Shown here one piece after another: positions 28,081 to 38,425 of a stretch of 64,000 nt of DNA (within the stretch, counting starts at the first letter, position 1; every line of letters begins with the position of its first letter). Origin of the DNA: Longimicrobiales bacterium. GTDB lineage: Bacteria > Gemmatimonadota > Gemmatimonadetes > Longimicrobiales > Gaopeijiaceae. Where the stretch lies: the NCBI GenBank assembly GCA_965226375.1, contig CBDDCX010000008.1, positions 1,152,001-1,216,000 on the forward strand, written 5' to 3'. The notes beneath the pieces were generated by a model. That model did no database searches, was not told where the DNA came from, and saw nothing but the letters and a program-made list of their open reading frames with translations. The translations under genes were made by a program, and so were the position numbers.

Positions 28081-29145
28081 TGGGGTATTGCCTTAAGTCC
28101 ACCGCCCACTACATGTTGTGGTCATGGCGGTTCCGGCTTCTCAGCTCCGTGGCGGCGTGGACTATCCCCGTACGCGGCTGGAGTTGGACGAGTTCTTCCC
28201 CGACGATGCGGCATGCCTGGAGTACGTGGAGGGTCTGCGCTGGCCGGAAGGGTTTGTGTGCGTGGGCTGTGGCGGGTTGGGAGAGGTCTGGCGAGCATCG
28301 CGGGGGCGTCTCGTCTGCCCACACTGTCGAAGGCAGACCTCGGTGCTGGCGGGAACCGTGTTCCACCGCACGCGCTCGCCCCTGCGTCTGTGGTTTCTCG
28401 CTGCCTGGGAGCTCACGAGCCAGAAATACGGAGCCAATGCTCTCGGGCTCCAGCGCGTGCTCGGACTGGGAAGCTACAAGACAGCGTGGGTCTGGCTCCA
28501 CAAGCTCCGCCGGGCCATGGTCCGACCGGATCGCGACCAGCTGAGCGGCGTTGTGCAAGTGGACGAGAGCTATGTCGGGGGCGTGGAGGCTGGAGTGCGG
28601 GGCCGCGAGACGATCAAGAAGGCCATCGTCGCGATCGCCGCCGAGGTCGACGGACGCAAGATCGGGAGAATACGGCTGCGTTGGGTGCCCGACCTCTCCG
28701 CTCCGGTTCTGCGAGGCTTCGTCAAGGATAGCATCGCACCGGCAAGCACGGTGCATACCGACGGATGGCCAAGCTATCAGGGACTCGCCAAACTGGGCTT
28801 TCGCCACACGGTCACGAACCTCTCGACCTCCGGCGATCCCGCTCACGTGCTCATGTCGGCCGTACATCGGGTGGCGTCTCTCCTCAAGCGCTGGGTCCTC
28901 GGAACCCTCCAAGGAGGGATCGCCCGCGAACACCTCCCCTACTATCTGGACGAGTTCACCTTTCGCTTCAACCGACGCACATCCCGGGCTCGCGGCCTGT
29001 TGTTCTACCGCTTGCTTGAGCAGGCTGTTCAGTGTGCTCCCACGCCAGCTTCGGCCCTTTACCTCGGCACCGGACGTGGGAAACGGCCCGCAGAGCCCCG
29101 GTAACCACTATATCTTGGGGTCGGTGGACTTAAGGGAATACCCCC
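28081..29145 (+). mobile_element. IS1595-family element, copy B
   Basis: Terminal IRs; perfect flanking repeat TTTGTGCGAA (28071-80, 29146-55); 1065 bp. Confidence 0.95.
28118..29104 (+). CDS. IS1595-family transposase
   Basis: Protein identical to 2169-3155. Confidence 0.95.
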   Translation: MVMAVPASQLRGGVDYPRTRLELDEFFPDDAACLEYVEGLRWPEGFVCVGCGGLGEVWRASRGRLVCPHCRRQTSVLAGTVFHRTRSPLRLWFLAAWELTSQKYGANALGLQRVLGLGSYKTAWVWLHKLRRAMVRPDRDQLSGVVQVDESYVGGVEAGVRGRETIKKAIVAIAAEVDGRKIGRIRLRWVPDLSAPVLRGFVKDSIAPASTVHTDGWPSYQGLAKLGFRHTVTNLSTSGDPAHVLMSAVHRVASLLKRWVLGTLQGGIAREHLPYYLDEFTFRFNRRTSRARGLLFYRLLEQAVQCAPTPASALYLGTGRGKRPAEPR

Positions 29146-29197
29146 TTTGTGCGAATTGGGCACTCCCATATTAATGCCTCCAGAATGCCGCTAGCGG

Positions 29198-30640
29198 TCA
29201 GGAAATGGGTCTCTGGACCCCGTCGGGACCGTTGTCGTAGTCCTGTACGCTCGAGCTGTTGGGCATGCCCCAATCGTTTCCGTTCCAGCCGTCGAATCCG
29301 TCCATTTTGACCGCCCAGAAGCCCGTCGTCATGTCGCTGATGACGACCAGTCCATCGTGGTTGCGTACGTCCACGCCCCAGGCGCCGTCGTATACGCCCC
29401 AGGTAAAGTTCCCGCGGCCACTGGCATCTCCCATGCTCCCTGCGTTGTGCGGACCGTCGAACGTATCGTAGTAGCCCACGGTGTAGGGATTTTCCGGGTC
29501 CATCATGTTGAAGACCGAAAGGCCGGTCTCGTAGCCGGAGACGAACACATACGGCCAACGCACCTCATGGTTATGGGCGATGGTCTCCCAGTCGGGGGTC
29601 CACGCCCCGATGGCGCGGTTGATGTTGAGCATCTCTCCCCGGGCCGCCGCCTGGTTGCCCGCCCCGAGGTCGAACACCCGCAGGGGCTGGTATTGCCACT
29701 CGGCCTCACCGATGGCGTAGCGCCCGTCCGGCGTCGGAGTGAACGTGTGTCCCCAGTTGAATCCCGCCACACCGGTGATGGTGAACTGAATCTCCGGCTC
29801 ATCGGGGCGGGTGATGTCCCACACGTAATACCCACCTCCGCCTGCACCGTAAAAACGGTCTTGCTGGGTGCTGGGATCGAACATGGCATAGAGGTCATGG
29901 TACCCGGTGGACAGATCTCCCGGATTCGCGGGAACGCCGATGGTCCCGATCAGTCCTTGATCGTCATCCCCTGCCACGAACTCGCCCAGGTCATACAGCT
30001 TGGTGCCGCTCGACGTGGCGAAGAGGATCACCCTGCCGTCCGAGTGCTTGTAGATGAAGATGTTGTGGAACCCCCCCGGGTTGTCCGGCACCCGGAACCG
30101 TCGCACTTCTCGCACCTGCGAAACGTCGGGAAGCCCGGTCACGTCGAAGACGATGCCTGCGACCTCCGAGTCGGGACCGCCGCTCCCGAATTGCGTGGAC
30201 TGCAGGTAGTAGTAGCGGTCGTCGATCTTGAAGTACTTTCCGTCGACGGCTCCCCTGCCCTGGTGGAGCGGAGAGTTCTCGATTCGCCACTCGTAGATGA
30301 TCTCGGCGTTGTCGGGGTCCTCGAGGTTGATGATGTCGAAGCCGGTTTCGCGAAGTCGAGAGACATACGCGTAAGGCCTCTCCGGATCCTGTTCGAGCTC
30401 GATGTCGCCGGTGGTGTACTTGCCGCCGAGCGTAATGTGCGACAGAACCTGGACGTTGGTGCTGCCTTGGAGTCCCAGAGGCCGTGGTGAGGTCGCCGAC
30501 GTCCGACCGCCCGACGTTTGTCCCAACGCGCCCACGGCAGAGACGCTCAACGTTACCAGGAGCCACACTCCGATCGACCAAGACCGTCTGCCAAACACTG
30601 GACCACCTCCGTCTGGATTGAACCGCGGCCCACGACACAC
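29198..30640 (-). CDS. Secreted LVIVD-repeat beta-propeller protein
   Basis: Signal peptide; repeated HN/HD/HT blades, ENPYTVGYYDT, GAWGV; start may be slightly downstream. Confidence 0.75.
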   Translation of the reverse strand: MCRGPRFNPDGGGPVFGRRSWSIGVWLLVTLSVSAVGALGQTSGGRTSATSPRPLGLQGSTNVQVLSHITLGGKYTTGDIELEQDPERPYAYVSRLRETGFDIINLEDPDNAEIIYEWRIENSPLHQGRGAVDGKYFKIDDRYYYLQSTQFGSGGPDSEVAGIVFDVTGLPDVSQVREVRRFRVPDNPGGFHNIFIYKHSDGRVILFATSSGTKLYDLGEFVAGDDDQGLIGTIGVPANPGDLSTGYHDLYAMFDPSTQQDRFYGAGGGGYYVWDITRPDEPEIQFTITGVAGFNWGHTFTPTPDGRYAIGEAEWQYQPLRVFDLGAGNQAAARGEMLNINRAIGAWTPDWETIAHNHEVRWPYVFVSGYETGLSVFNMMDPENPYTVGYYDTFDGPHNAGSMGDASGRGNFTWGVYDGAWGVDVRNHDGLVVISDMTTGFWAVKMDGFDGWNGNDWGMPNSSSVQDYDNGPDGVQRPIS

Positions 30641-30688
30641 CGCGAAGCTGCAACATATGGGCGAGAGACCCCCTGCGACAGCAAAGGG

Positions 30689-31579
30689 TCAGGCGGCCTC
30701 GGCCGCCGGAAGCAGACGTTCCACCCAAGCGGACCGGAGCATGGCGACCGCCGCGTAGGTCACCACCACCACGACCAGCCAACGCATGGTGGTCAGCGGC
30801 AGGGATCCGACGATAAAGGCCGCGACGAGCACGGCCGGGACACCACCGATGGCCAGCCCCAGAGCCGGAAGATGCTCGTAGGCGTTGGCCTTGAGGAAGC
30901 GTACGGCCGCCACGGGCATGAGAAACGCCGAAGAGCCCATCATGATGGGAAAGGCGACCGCCGGGTTCAGCCCGAGCAGGCTGATCACGATCATCGCCGG
31001 CGCATACATGCCCATGCCCAACGTCATGAGCGCGCCGAGGATGAAGAAGCACACCATACCGACCGCAAGGAAGAGGCCGGCAAGGGCGATGGCCTCACCA
31101 CCGACCGGGGCGGACCCCAGGTTTGCCATCACGAAGGTCGCTCCCGCCAGCAGCAGGGCGGTGCCCATGCCGATCTGAATTTTGCGGCGAGGCCAACCGG
31201 CCACCACGCCCGCTCCCAGCCAGGCCCCCAAGACCGAGGCCCCGATGAGCGTGGTGAGCGTGAGCATGTCCACTTCGATGATGGCGATGAAGATGAACGC
31301 CTGCACGATGACAGCCAGGGTATGACCCACGTGCATGGTCCCCGGAATGCGCTCATCGGGGACGAGCTTTTGCAGCTTGTACCAGGACGTCGTGGGCGCG
31401 AACGAGCCGATGCCCAAGGTGTCGAAAAAATTGGTGACGAAGCCGATCGTGGACAGAATCGGCGAGGGGAGTCTAGCGTTCTCTTCTTCGCCTCGACCGC
31501 CCGCGCGGACGCTTTGGACCCAGCGCGTCACGTAGACGACGCCGAAGATGGCGAGCACGAGGAAGAGCAAGTTGCGCAT
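30689..31579 (-). CDS. TauE/SafE-family permease
   Basis: NFFDTLGIGSFAPT, AFPIMMGS; multiple TM segments. Confidence 0.85.
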   Translation of the reverse strand: MRNLLFLVLAIFGVVYVTRWVQSVRAGGRGEEENARLPSPILSTIGFVTNFFDTLGIGSFAPTTSWYKLQKLVPDERIPGTMHVGHTLAVIVQAFIFIAIIEVDMLTLTTLIGASVLGAWLGAGVVAGWPRRKIQIGMGTALLLAGATFVMANLGSAPVGGEAIALAGLFLAVGMVCFFILGALMTLGMGMYAPAMIVISLLGLNPAVAFPIMMGSSAFLMPVAAVRFLKANAYEHLPALGLAIGGVPAVLVAAFIVGSLPLTTMRWLVVVVVTYAAVAMLRSAWVERLLPAAEAA

Positions 31580-31643
31580 GGGCCCCGAACGTATGCGGTC
31601 CGAAAGCCAGGTGCGAATAAGTGGGGGGTCGGCCCAGGTCGCC

Positions 31644-32786
31644 TTAGCCTTCCCAGAGCTGCGTGCTCGGCACAAAGGTGGCCCACGCGAACCAGAAGGA
31701 CACGTACGCCTGCGGAACTCCCTCCAGCCTTTCCCCCAGCAACGCCCCGGATACCGCCACACCCTCCAGCGACCACACGCTCCCGGTATCCACGTCCACA
31801 ATCAGATCTCCGCGCGCCTCGAATTCCACGTTGGAGCCACCGTAGGAGGGCCGAAAGGCCACGGCCGCTTGTGCCTCGCGATTCCAGAAAATGACCACGG
31901 GTCTTCCGGCTGCGCGGTCGTGGATGACACGTACCGGCTCCCCATTGTCGAGAGCGCCGAAAGGAAACGCGATGGCCCCGCCGATCACCTCACGGTCGTA
32001 TATCGTGGGCGGCACTCCCAGCACGCGCTCCTTGGGCAAACGACGCATGTCGATCATACCGTGCGGAAAGAGGGTCGCCGGGTTGGCCGGCGCTTCATAC
32101 TGCCCATAGGGGTAACGCCGATAGTCCTTCGAGTATCCCGTCTCATCGTTGATCACCAACGTCTCCGGATGGAGGCTGCGCCATGCGCCCCAACGCATCT
32201 CGATGGCCGGATACGGCACGAGGATGTGGCCGTCCTGAGGGCCGCAGCGAGCAGCCTGCATCATCTGCGGCCACAGCGACGAGTCGGTCTTGCGGTCGTA
32301 CATGACCAGATTGTTGTTGAAGAGCAGACCGGAGACCCCGAATTCGGCGCCGCTCACCGACGATCGATCGAACACGATGCTCGAGCCGGTCAGCGGGCAA
32401 TAGGTTACGGCCAGGGGAGTCCCCAGGGAGTTGAAATTCACGATCTCATGCCACCACAGAATATTGTGCGGTACGGCGATGTAGGTGCCTTCGACCTCGA
32501 GGCCGATGACGCGATCGTCATCGTGGAGGTAGGACGTTCCCGGCCCATCCACGGGCACCAGGGTCGGATCGCTGAGGGCCGGAATGCCATCGCGTCCCAC
32601 GCCTGAAGAGAACAGCAGTTCGTGGGGGATGCTGCATATCAAGTTGTCGTCGGCCTGCGGATCATCCGGGTCCACGGTAGCAGCCGGACCCTCACTCGTA
32701 CCACAGGCCGAGGAGGCCATGGTGGCCCCCAGGGCAATCATCACGACGAAGCGGCGGCGTCTTGTAGTCACGATGCTCCAACTCAT
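31644..32786 (-). CDS. DUF3179-domain lipoprotein
   Basis: DGIPAL, HEIVN, TYCPLTGS, FGVSGLL.NNNLVMYDR.T.SLW.Q, FWFAW. Confidence 0.88.
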   Translation of the reverse strand: MSWSIVTTRRRRFVVMIALGATMASSACGTSEGPAATVDPDDPQADDNLICSIPHELLFSSGVGRDGIPALSDPTLVPVDGPGTSYLHDDDRVIGLEVEGTYIAVPHNILWWHEIVNFNSLGTPLAVTYCPLTGSSIVFDRSSVSGAEFGVSGLLFNNNLVMYDRKTDSSLWPQMMQAARCGPQDGHILVPYPAIEMRWGAWRSLHPETLVINDETGYSKDYRRYPYGQYEAPANPATLFPHGMIDMRRLPKERVLGVPPTIYDREVIGGAIAFPFGALDNGEPVRVIHDRAAGRPVVIFWNREAQAAVAFRPSYGGSNVEFEARGDLIVDVDTGSVWSLEGVAVSGALLGERLEGVPQAYVSFWFAWATFVPSTQLWEG

Positions 32787-32955
32787 GAACGTCGATGTAG
32801 ACAGCGGAAGAACCCACGAAGCCGGGCGCCAGGTTCCAATAGAGCACACTCCAACCGGTCTTGCGGCCTTTTTCGTGGCGCCCCGTGTGCGCGGAGTCAC
32901 AGGTACGTTTATGATACCGGTTCCCAGTTCCATTCTGGCACCCGGTGAACGGTTC

Positions 32956-35367
32956 ATGCAACGCTCCAGTCTCCTTCTCCCCCTGACCCTCGCGCTGGCC
33001 GTGCTCGGACCAGCCCTCTTGGGTGCCCAAGCGATCAGTCAGACCATGGCCGCTGGTGGTCCCTTGGCCGGATACGGTGCCTCGGTGGCGGTGGGCGACG
33101 GTGCACTGTTCGTTGGCGAGGTCGGCACTATCATGAGGCCGGGTGCCGTCTATGTGTATCACAAGCTCGCCGGCGAATGGTCTGAGGCGGCCAGAATCGA
33201 GGCTAGCGACGGTGCCCCGGGAGATGGCTTCGGTTCCACCCTGGCGATCGATCAGTCCAGGATGCTGGTCGGTGCCGTGCGGGACGGTATCGGAACCGTT
33301 TACTCCTTCGAGCGGACGGAGTCCGGGTTTTGGCGCGAGGGCGGCCGGCTCTTGCCGGGAGACGCCGCATCGCCCCAGGGGTTCGGAGCCAGTCTAGCGA
33401 TTCGCGACGGCTTCGCCGTGGTCGGTGCCCCCCGTCGTACATCAGGCGGCGGGAGGTCCGGAGCGGACACCGAAGAGGCCGTGTTCGTATTCGAAATCGA
33501 TGATGCAGGCTGGTCGGCAGGAGAACGTCTTCTAGCCCGCGAGGGTGCCGGTGAGGATGCCGGCGCGTTCGGAACGAGTGTCGCCATCGATGGAGATCGT
33601 ATCCTGGTTGGAGCCCCTCGAGAGGGTCGTTCCGGGGCGGTCCACGAGTTCCGGCGTACGGATAACCGATGGGAACACGCTGGATATCTGGTAGCCGCCA
33701 CACTCGATCCAGATGATGCATTCGGAGCCTCTGTCCGACTTGGAGACGGTCGAGCAGTTGTGGGGGCTCCCGGCCGTGACGGGGCCCGGGGCGCCGTGTT
33801 CGTGTTCACCTTCGACCAAGAGGCCGGTGCCTGGAGCCAGGTCGAAGAGCTTTCGCCAGCCCAGGGTGCATCTTCTGATGCGTTTGGAGGCGCCCTCGCT
33901 GCCGCCGATGATCACATCTGGCTGGGAGCTCCTCGAGCCGACGATCAGAGAGGGGTCGCCTACGTCTATTCCGTGTCACCCGGCACCGAACGCGATGGCA
34001 GGAGAATCAGTCCCGAGCGACTGAGCGGGGACGCCTTCGCGGCCAGTGTGCACGTACACGGTTCGGTCGCCCTTCTCGGAATGACCGGAGCGGACTACGG
34101 CATGGGAAGAGCCGTCGTCTATGAGCTTCTGGACCAGAACTGGATGATGGTTCAAACGATCATGGGCAACGTCGAACAATTCGGCGCGGTCCGTGGCGGT
34201 CAAATCGACTGTTCGGACGGCACCGCTTCGGCGTGGGACTGCAGCGAATACGATCTGGTCGCCTACATGCCCGTGCAAGACCTTGGTGGCCCGCGCGGGG
34301 TCAGGATGAACGACATATGGGGGTGGACCGATCCCATGACCGGACGCGAGTATGCCCTCGCGGGACGTCGGGACGGAACCTCGTTCATCGACGTCAGCGA
34401 TCCGGCCAACCCACGGTATGTAGGGCAACTTTTCCGTACCGAAGGATCACCTCCGAGCACCCACCGCGACATCAAAGTCTACGCGGACCACGCCTTCATC
34501 GTCGCGGATGGTGCCGGGCAGCACGGGGTGCAGGTGTTCGATCTGACTCAGCTTCGCAACGTCACCGAGCCCATCACCTTCGAGGAGACCGCCCACTACG
34601 ACGGAATCGCCAGCGCCCACAACATCGTGATCAACGAGGAGTCGGGCTTCGCGTATAGCGTCGGCAACAAGGCCGGCGGCGAGACCTGTGGGGGAGGCCT
34701 CCACATCATCGATATCCGCGAACCTACCAACCCGACCTTCGCGGGCTGCTTTGCCGATCCGCTCACCGGTAGATCCAGCACCGGGACGACCCATGACGCC
34801 CAGTGTGTCTCCTACCGAGGGCCCGACGAGGAACACATCGGCAAGGAAATCTGTCTGAGCTCGAACCAGACGGCGCTCAGCATCGCCGACGTCACAGACC
34901 CGGCCAATCCCGTAGCCCTGTCACGGGCCAGTTATCCCAACCTCGGATTCACCCATCAGGGATGGCTCACGGACGATCAGCGCTACTTCTATACGAACGA
35001 TGAACTGGATGAGATCGCCGGCCTTCCTAAGACCCGAACACTGATCTGGGACGTGGCCGACCTGGACGATCCGCAGCTGGTCAAAGAGCACTTCGGTACC
35101 CAAGCCGGCAGCGACCACAATTTGTATATCCGCGGCGATCTCATGTACCAGTCAAACTATCGGAGTGGACTGCGGGTGCTCGACATCAGTGATCGCGAGA
35201 ACCCGGTCGAAGTCGGATACTTCGATACCGTTCCCTATGGGGACAACTCGCCGGGAATGGGGTTCGGCTCGTGGAGCAACTACCCATTCTTCGAGAGCGG
35301 GATCGTCATTCTCACAAGCAACTACGAAGGACTCTTCATCCTCAAGAAAAAGCAGCCGATCACCTGA
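32956..35367 (+). CDS. FG-GAP repeat / choice-of-anchor B family secreted protein
   Basis: FG.S...VGAP repeats then NDIWGWTDP, HRDIK, AHNI, THQGW, DHN, WSNYPFF. Confidence 0.88.
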   Translation: MQRSSLLLPLTLALAVLGPALLGAQAISQTMAAGGPLAGYGASVAVGDGALFVGEVGTIMRPGAVYVYHKLAGEWSEAARIEASDGAPGDGFGSTLAIDQSRMLVGAVRDGIGTVYSFERTESGFWREGGRLLPGDAASPQGFGASLAIRDGFAVVGAPRRTSGGGRSGADTEEAVFVFEIDDAGWSAGERLLAREGAGEDAGAFGTSVAIDGDRILVGAPREGRSGAVHEFRRTDNRWEHAGYLVAATLDPDDAFGASVRLGDGRAVVGAPGRDGARGAVFVFTFDQEAGAWSQVEELSPAQGASSDAFGGALAAADDHIWLGAPRADDQRGVAYVYSVSPGTERDGRRISPERLSGDAFAASVHVHGSVALLGMTGADYGMGRAVVYELLDQNWMMVQTIMGNVEQFGAVRGGQIDCSDGTASAWDCSEYDLVAYMPVQDLGGPRGVRMNDIWGWTDPMTGREYALAGRRDGTSFIDVSDPANPRYVGQLFRTEGSPPSTHRDIKVYADHAFIVADGAGQHGVQVFDLTQLRNVTEPITFEETAHYDGIASAHNIVINEESGFAYSVGNKAGGETCGGGLHIIDIREPTNPTFAGCFADPLTGRSSTGTTHDAQCVSYRGPDEEHIGKEICLSSNQTALSIADVTDPANPVALSRASYPNLGFTHQGWLTDDQRYFYTNDELDEIAGLPKTRTLIWDVADLDDPQLVKEHFGTQAGSDHNLYIRGDLMYQSNYRSGLRVLDISDRENPVEVGYFDTVPYGDNSPGMGFGSWSNYPFFESGIVILTSNYEGLFILKKKQPIT

Positions 35368-35424
35368 CCGGAGGGTGCCCCCGGCGCTCCTAACGCGACA
35401 CCACTGTATCTCTGTAGCAGCCTT

Positions 35425-35790
35425 CTAGAGTCCCAGTTCCTTCCGCATCCTCGCCTCGCGACGGTTGAGCGCCATGGCGATGAAGACCGCCCACATCACG
35501 TAGCCGCCAACGGCCCAGTACAGGGCCTCCATGCCCATCCACGAATACCACATGATGGGCCACAGCGAGGCCATCAGCGTATTCCAAAGGGATTCGATGA
35601 AGAAGGTGAGCAACTCGCTGACCAGAAAGTCTTGCACGTCCGCGGCTTCCGAGATGGAGCCCGTGAGACTGGTGATCTCGAGGTAGACGAACGTGCCTAC
35701 GGCCAGGAGAGCAAAGTATCCGCCTCCGTGTTTTCGCCAGAGTTTTCCGACGGCACCACCGCTACCCTCATCCTTCTTGGCCATGCTCAC
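35425..35790 (-). CDS. Small hypothetical membrane protein
   Basis: 121 aa with about three TM segments and an RBS. Confidence 0.7.
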   Translation of the reverse strand: MSMAKKDEGSGGAVGKLWRKHGGGYFALLAVGTFVYLEITSLTGSISEAADVQDFLVSELLTFFIESLWNTLMASLWPIMWYSWMGMEALYWAVGGYVMWAVFIAMALNRREARMRKELGL

Positions 35791-36019
35791 TCCGCATTGG
35801 TCCGCTCGAGTCGTGGCCGATCTCCGAGCCAGGACGATGCGATATCATGCCACCGCACGAACCGGAGATCCAGATGGAGAGCCGTGGACCGATCCAGATC
35901 GACCGATCCGTAATCGATCGAGCGCCTTGCGATCCTCCCGCCGGGCGCCAAGACTGCACAGTCGGGTGTCCGCCCGACGGTCTAGGGGGCTGGCGGTACG
36001 TCGATTTCGGAGGGGTGTC

Positions 36020-37198
36020 ATGATCACGAAGAGCAGAGTTTCACGCCGGGGCTTTGTGGGTGGAGCGGCCGCGGCGTTGGGCTACCTCGGCGTCAAGCCG
36101 GGGGCCGACTTGTGGGCACAGGGCCTCGGCGAACTGACGGCGCCCCCACTCGGCGCCCAGGAGTTCGATTTCGACTCCTACGCTCGCCTGGGGACCAACG
36201 AAAACCCGTACGGCCCGTCCGAGTCGGTACTCGAGGCCATGACACGGGCCTTCAAGTACTCCAACACCTACGGCGACCCCGGTGAGGATCTGCAGGCCGC
36301 CATCGCCGAACGGGACGGCGTGGAGCGGGAGAACATCTTCACCACCGCTGGGTCGGGAGAAGTGCTGGAGGTGGTGGGCCTCACCTTTCTCGGGCCGGGA
36401 AAGAAAGTCGTGGGGGTCGAGCCCTCGTACAGCCAGGTGTACCGGCACGCCACAAGCGTCAAAGCGGACGCCATCACGCTGCCGCTCCTCGACGACTACC
36501 GGCAGCACATCCCCTCGATGATCGAAACCACCAGGGCGAACTACCGCGACGTGGGCTTCGTGTATCTGTGCAACCCGAACAACCCGACCGGACTCACGGT
36601 CAGCGCCGCCGAAGTGCAGCAACTCCTGGACGGCATTCCCGAAGACGTGCCGGTTCTCATCGATGAGGCGTACCACCACTTCGTCGAGGATCCGTCCTAC
36701 GCGACTTCCATTCCTCACGTCCTCGAGGGGCGGCCGGTCATCGTCGCCCGAACCTTCTCGAAGATCTATGGGATGGCAGGCCTGCGCCTCGGGTACGCCG
36801 TGGCCTCGCCCGAGATCCTCCAAAAAATGCGCGTCTACAGCACCGGCAGCATAAGTGTCGTGTCCGAGTGGGGTGGAATCGCCTCACTCAAGGACAGGGA
36901 GAGCGAGGAGCGGGTGCGGAGGGTCACCGTTGAGATCCGTAAGAAGACCATGGCCGAACTCGAGGCCATGGGCCACAGCGTGATCCCGTCGGAAACCAAC
37001 TTCTTCATGGTCCACATCGGCCGTTCGGTCCAGGAGGTGAGGGACGAGTTCAGGGAGAAGGGTATCCATGTGGGTCGCCCCTTCCCGCCCATGCTGGAGC
37101 ACCTGCGTGTTTCGGTGGGCACGGAGAACGACATGGAGCGGTTCATGACCGCCTTCAAGGAGATCTTTCCGGCTTCGACGACGGAGGCGGGGGCGTAA
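36020..37198 (+). CDS. Tat-signal class I/II PLP aminotransferase (HisC-like)
   Basis: SRRGF Tat motif, NENPYGP, CNPNNPTG, DEAY, TFSKIYGMAGLRLGY. Confidence 0.9.
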   Translation: MITKSRVSRRGFVGGAAAALGYLGVKPGADLWAQGLGELTAPPLGAQEFDFDSYARLGTNENPYGPSESVLEAMTRAFKYSNTYGDPGEDLQAAIAERDGVERENIFTTAGSGEVLEVVGLTFLGPGKKVVGVEPSYSQVYRHATSVKADAITLPLLDDYRQHIPSMIETTRANYRDVGFVYLCNPNNPTGLTVSAAEVQQLLDGIPEDVPVLIDEAYHHFVEDPSYATSIPHVLEGRPVIVARTFSKIYGMAGLRLGYAVASPEILQKMRVYSTGSISVVSEWGGIASLKDRESEERVRRVTVEIRKKTMAELEAMGHSVIPSETNFFMVHIGRSVQEVRDEFREKGIHVGRPFPPMLEHLRVSVGTENDMERFMTAFKEIFPASTTEAGA

Positions 37199-37223
37199 CC
37201 ACCACAGGGAACGGAGGCATTCG

Positions 37224-38375
37224 ATGAACCGTCAGTCTCTTTGGGTCCTGCTCGGAGGCTATGTCATCATCGGGATCTTCGGCTGTCAGCCCCAGGGTGA
37301 CGGTGCCGAGGAGCGGGATGACGTCGCTGCGGAGGCGCCCTCGACCGGCAGCGCCACGCCTGTCGACCTCTCCGAGTGGGCCGAGCGGATCGCGAACATT
37401 CACGGGACCACGGTTTTCGCCGACGTCCAGGCCCACCCTAGCCGCTTCCACCGGGGTAACGTCGAGCGTGTCGCACCGGAGGAGCTCGAGCTGTTCCGAC
37501 GAGGGACCATGGACCTGGTGGTGGCCCAAGGTCAGCACCGATGCACCCTACACCGGCAACTACGTGCTGAGAGACGGCACCGAGGTGCCCGCCGGGGTCA
37601 GTACAAGCCCGCACCCGGGGAGCCGTGGGCGTTCCTACTGGACCGCTTCTCGCGCCTCTTGAAGACGATCGACGACGGGGACGCGCTCCTGGCGCGGAGT
37701 CCCGCAGACGTGTACGAGGCCCGTGAAAGAGGCATGGTCGCGTTCCTGCCCGGAATCGAGGGGTCGGACGGCCTGGTAGGCCGCTTGGACCACTTCCGGG
37801 AGATCCACGAGCGAGGCCTGGGCGTCGTGCAGCTCGTCCATACCCGGCCCAACGAGCTCGCTCACACCAGGCACTTTCCGTACTCGCCGGGCGGACTGAC
37901 GGAGTTCGGCCGAGACGTGATTCGGGAGGCCAACCGCCTCGGCGTGATCGTCGACGTCTGTCATACGAACACTCAGACCATGCGCGAGGTCGCCGAGCTG
38001 TCCGAGGATCCCATGATCTTCAGCCATACCGGCGTCCAAGCACTCTTCGATCGCGAGGGCTATCTCACGGACGAAGAGATCGAGCTCATCGCTTCCACGG
38101 GAGGCGTGATCGCCCTCTCCCCCATGGGGATGACGCTGCCGACCATGGAGGAGTACATGAGCCACATCGACTATGTGGCCGACCTGGTGGGTGTGGACCA
38201 CGTCTCGATCGGCAGCGACCTACGCGGTGTGCCGAGCTACACCGAGGGCTTCGGCGACGACGCGAACTACCACGCGATTGCCGCTGCGCTGCTGGAGCGC
38301 GGTTACTCGGATGAAGATGTGGGCAAGATCATGGGTGCGAACTTCTTCCGCGTTTGGCGTGAGGTGTTGGATTAG
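37224..38375 (+). CDS. Membrane dipeptidase (M19) lipoprotein
   Basis: Lipobox FGC, GIEG, GLTEFGR.VI, VDVCH, FSH, DHVSIGSD, GANF. Confidence 0.85.
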   Translation: MNRQSLWVLLGGYVIIGIFGCQPQGDGAEERDDVAAEAPSTGSATPVDLSEWAERIANIHGTTVFADVQAHPSRFHRGNVERVAPEELELFRRGTMDLVVAQGQHRCTLHRQLRAERRHRGARRGQYKPAPGEPWAFLLDRFSRLLKTIDDGDALLARSPADVYEARERGMVAFLPGIEGSDGLVGRLDHFREIHERGLGVVQLVHTRPNELAHTRHFPYSPGGLTEFGRDVIREANRLGVIVDVCHTNTQTMREVAELSEDPMIFSHTGVQALFDREGYLTDEEIELIASTGGVIALSPMGMTLPTMEEYMSHIDYVADLVGVDHVSIGSDLRGVPSYTEGFGDDANYHAIAAALLERGYSDEDVGKIMGANFFRVWREVLD

Positions 38376-38425
38376 GGACGGCCTCGGCGGAGAGACCTGA
38401 CGGCCGTCCCAATAAAGGACCGTAC

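Noticed and set aside
31644..32786. Selenoprotein form of DUF3179
   Set aside because: The motif has Cys (TYCPL) and there is no in-frame TGA
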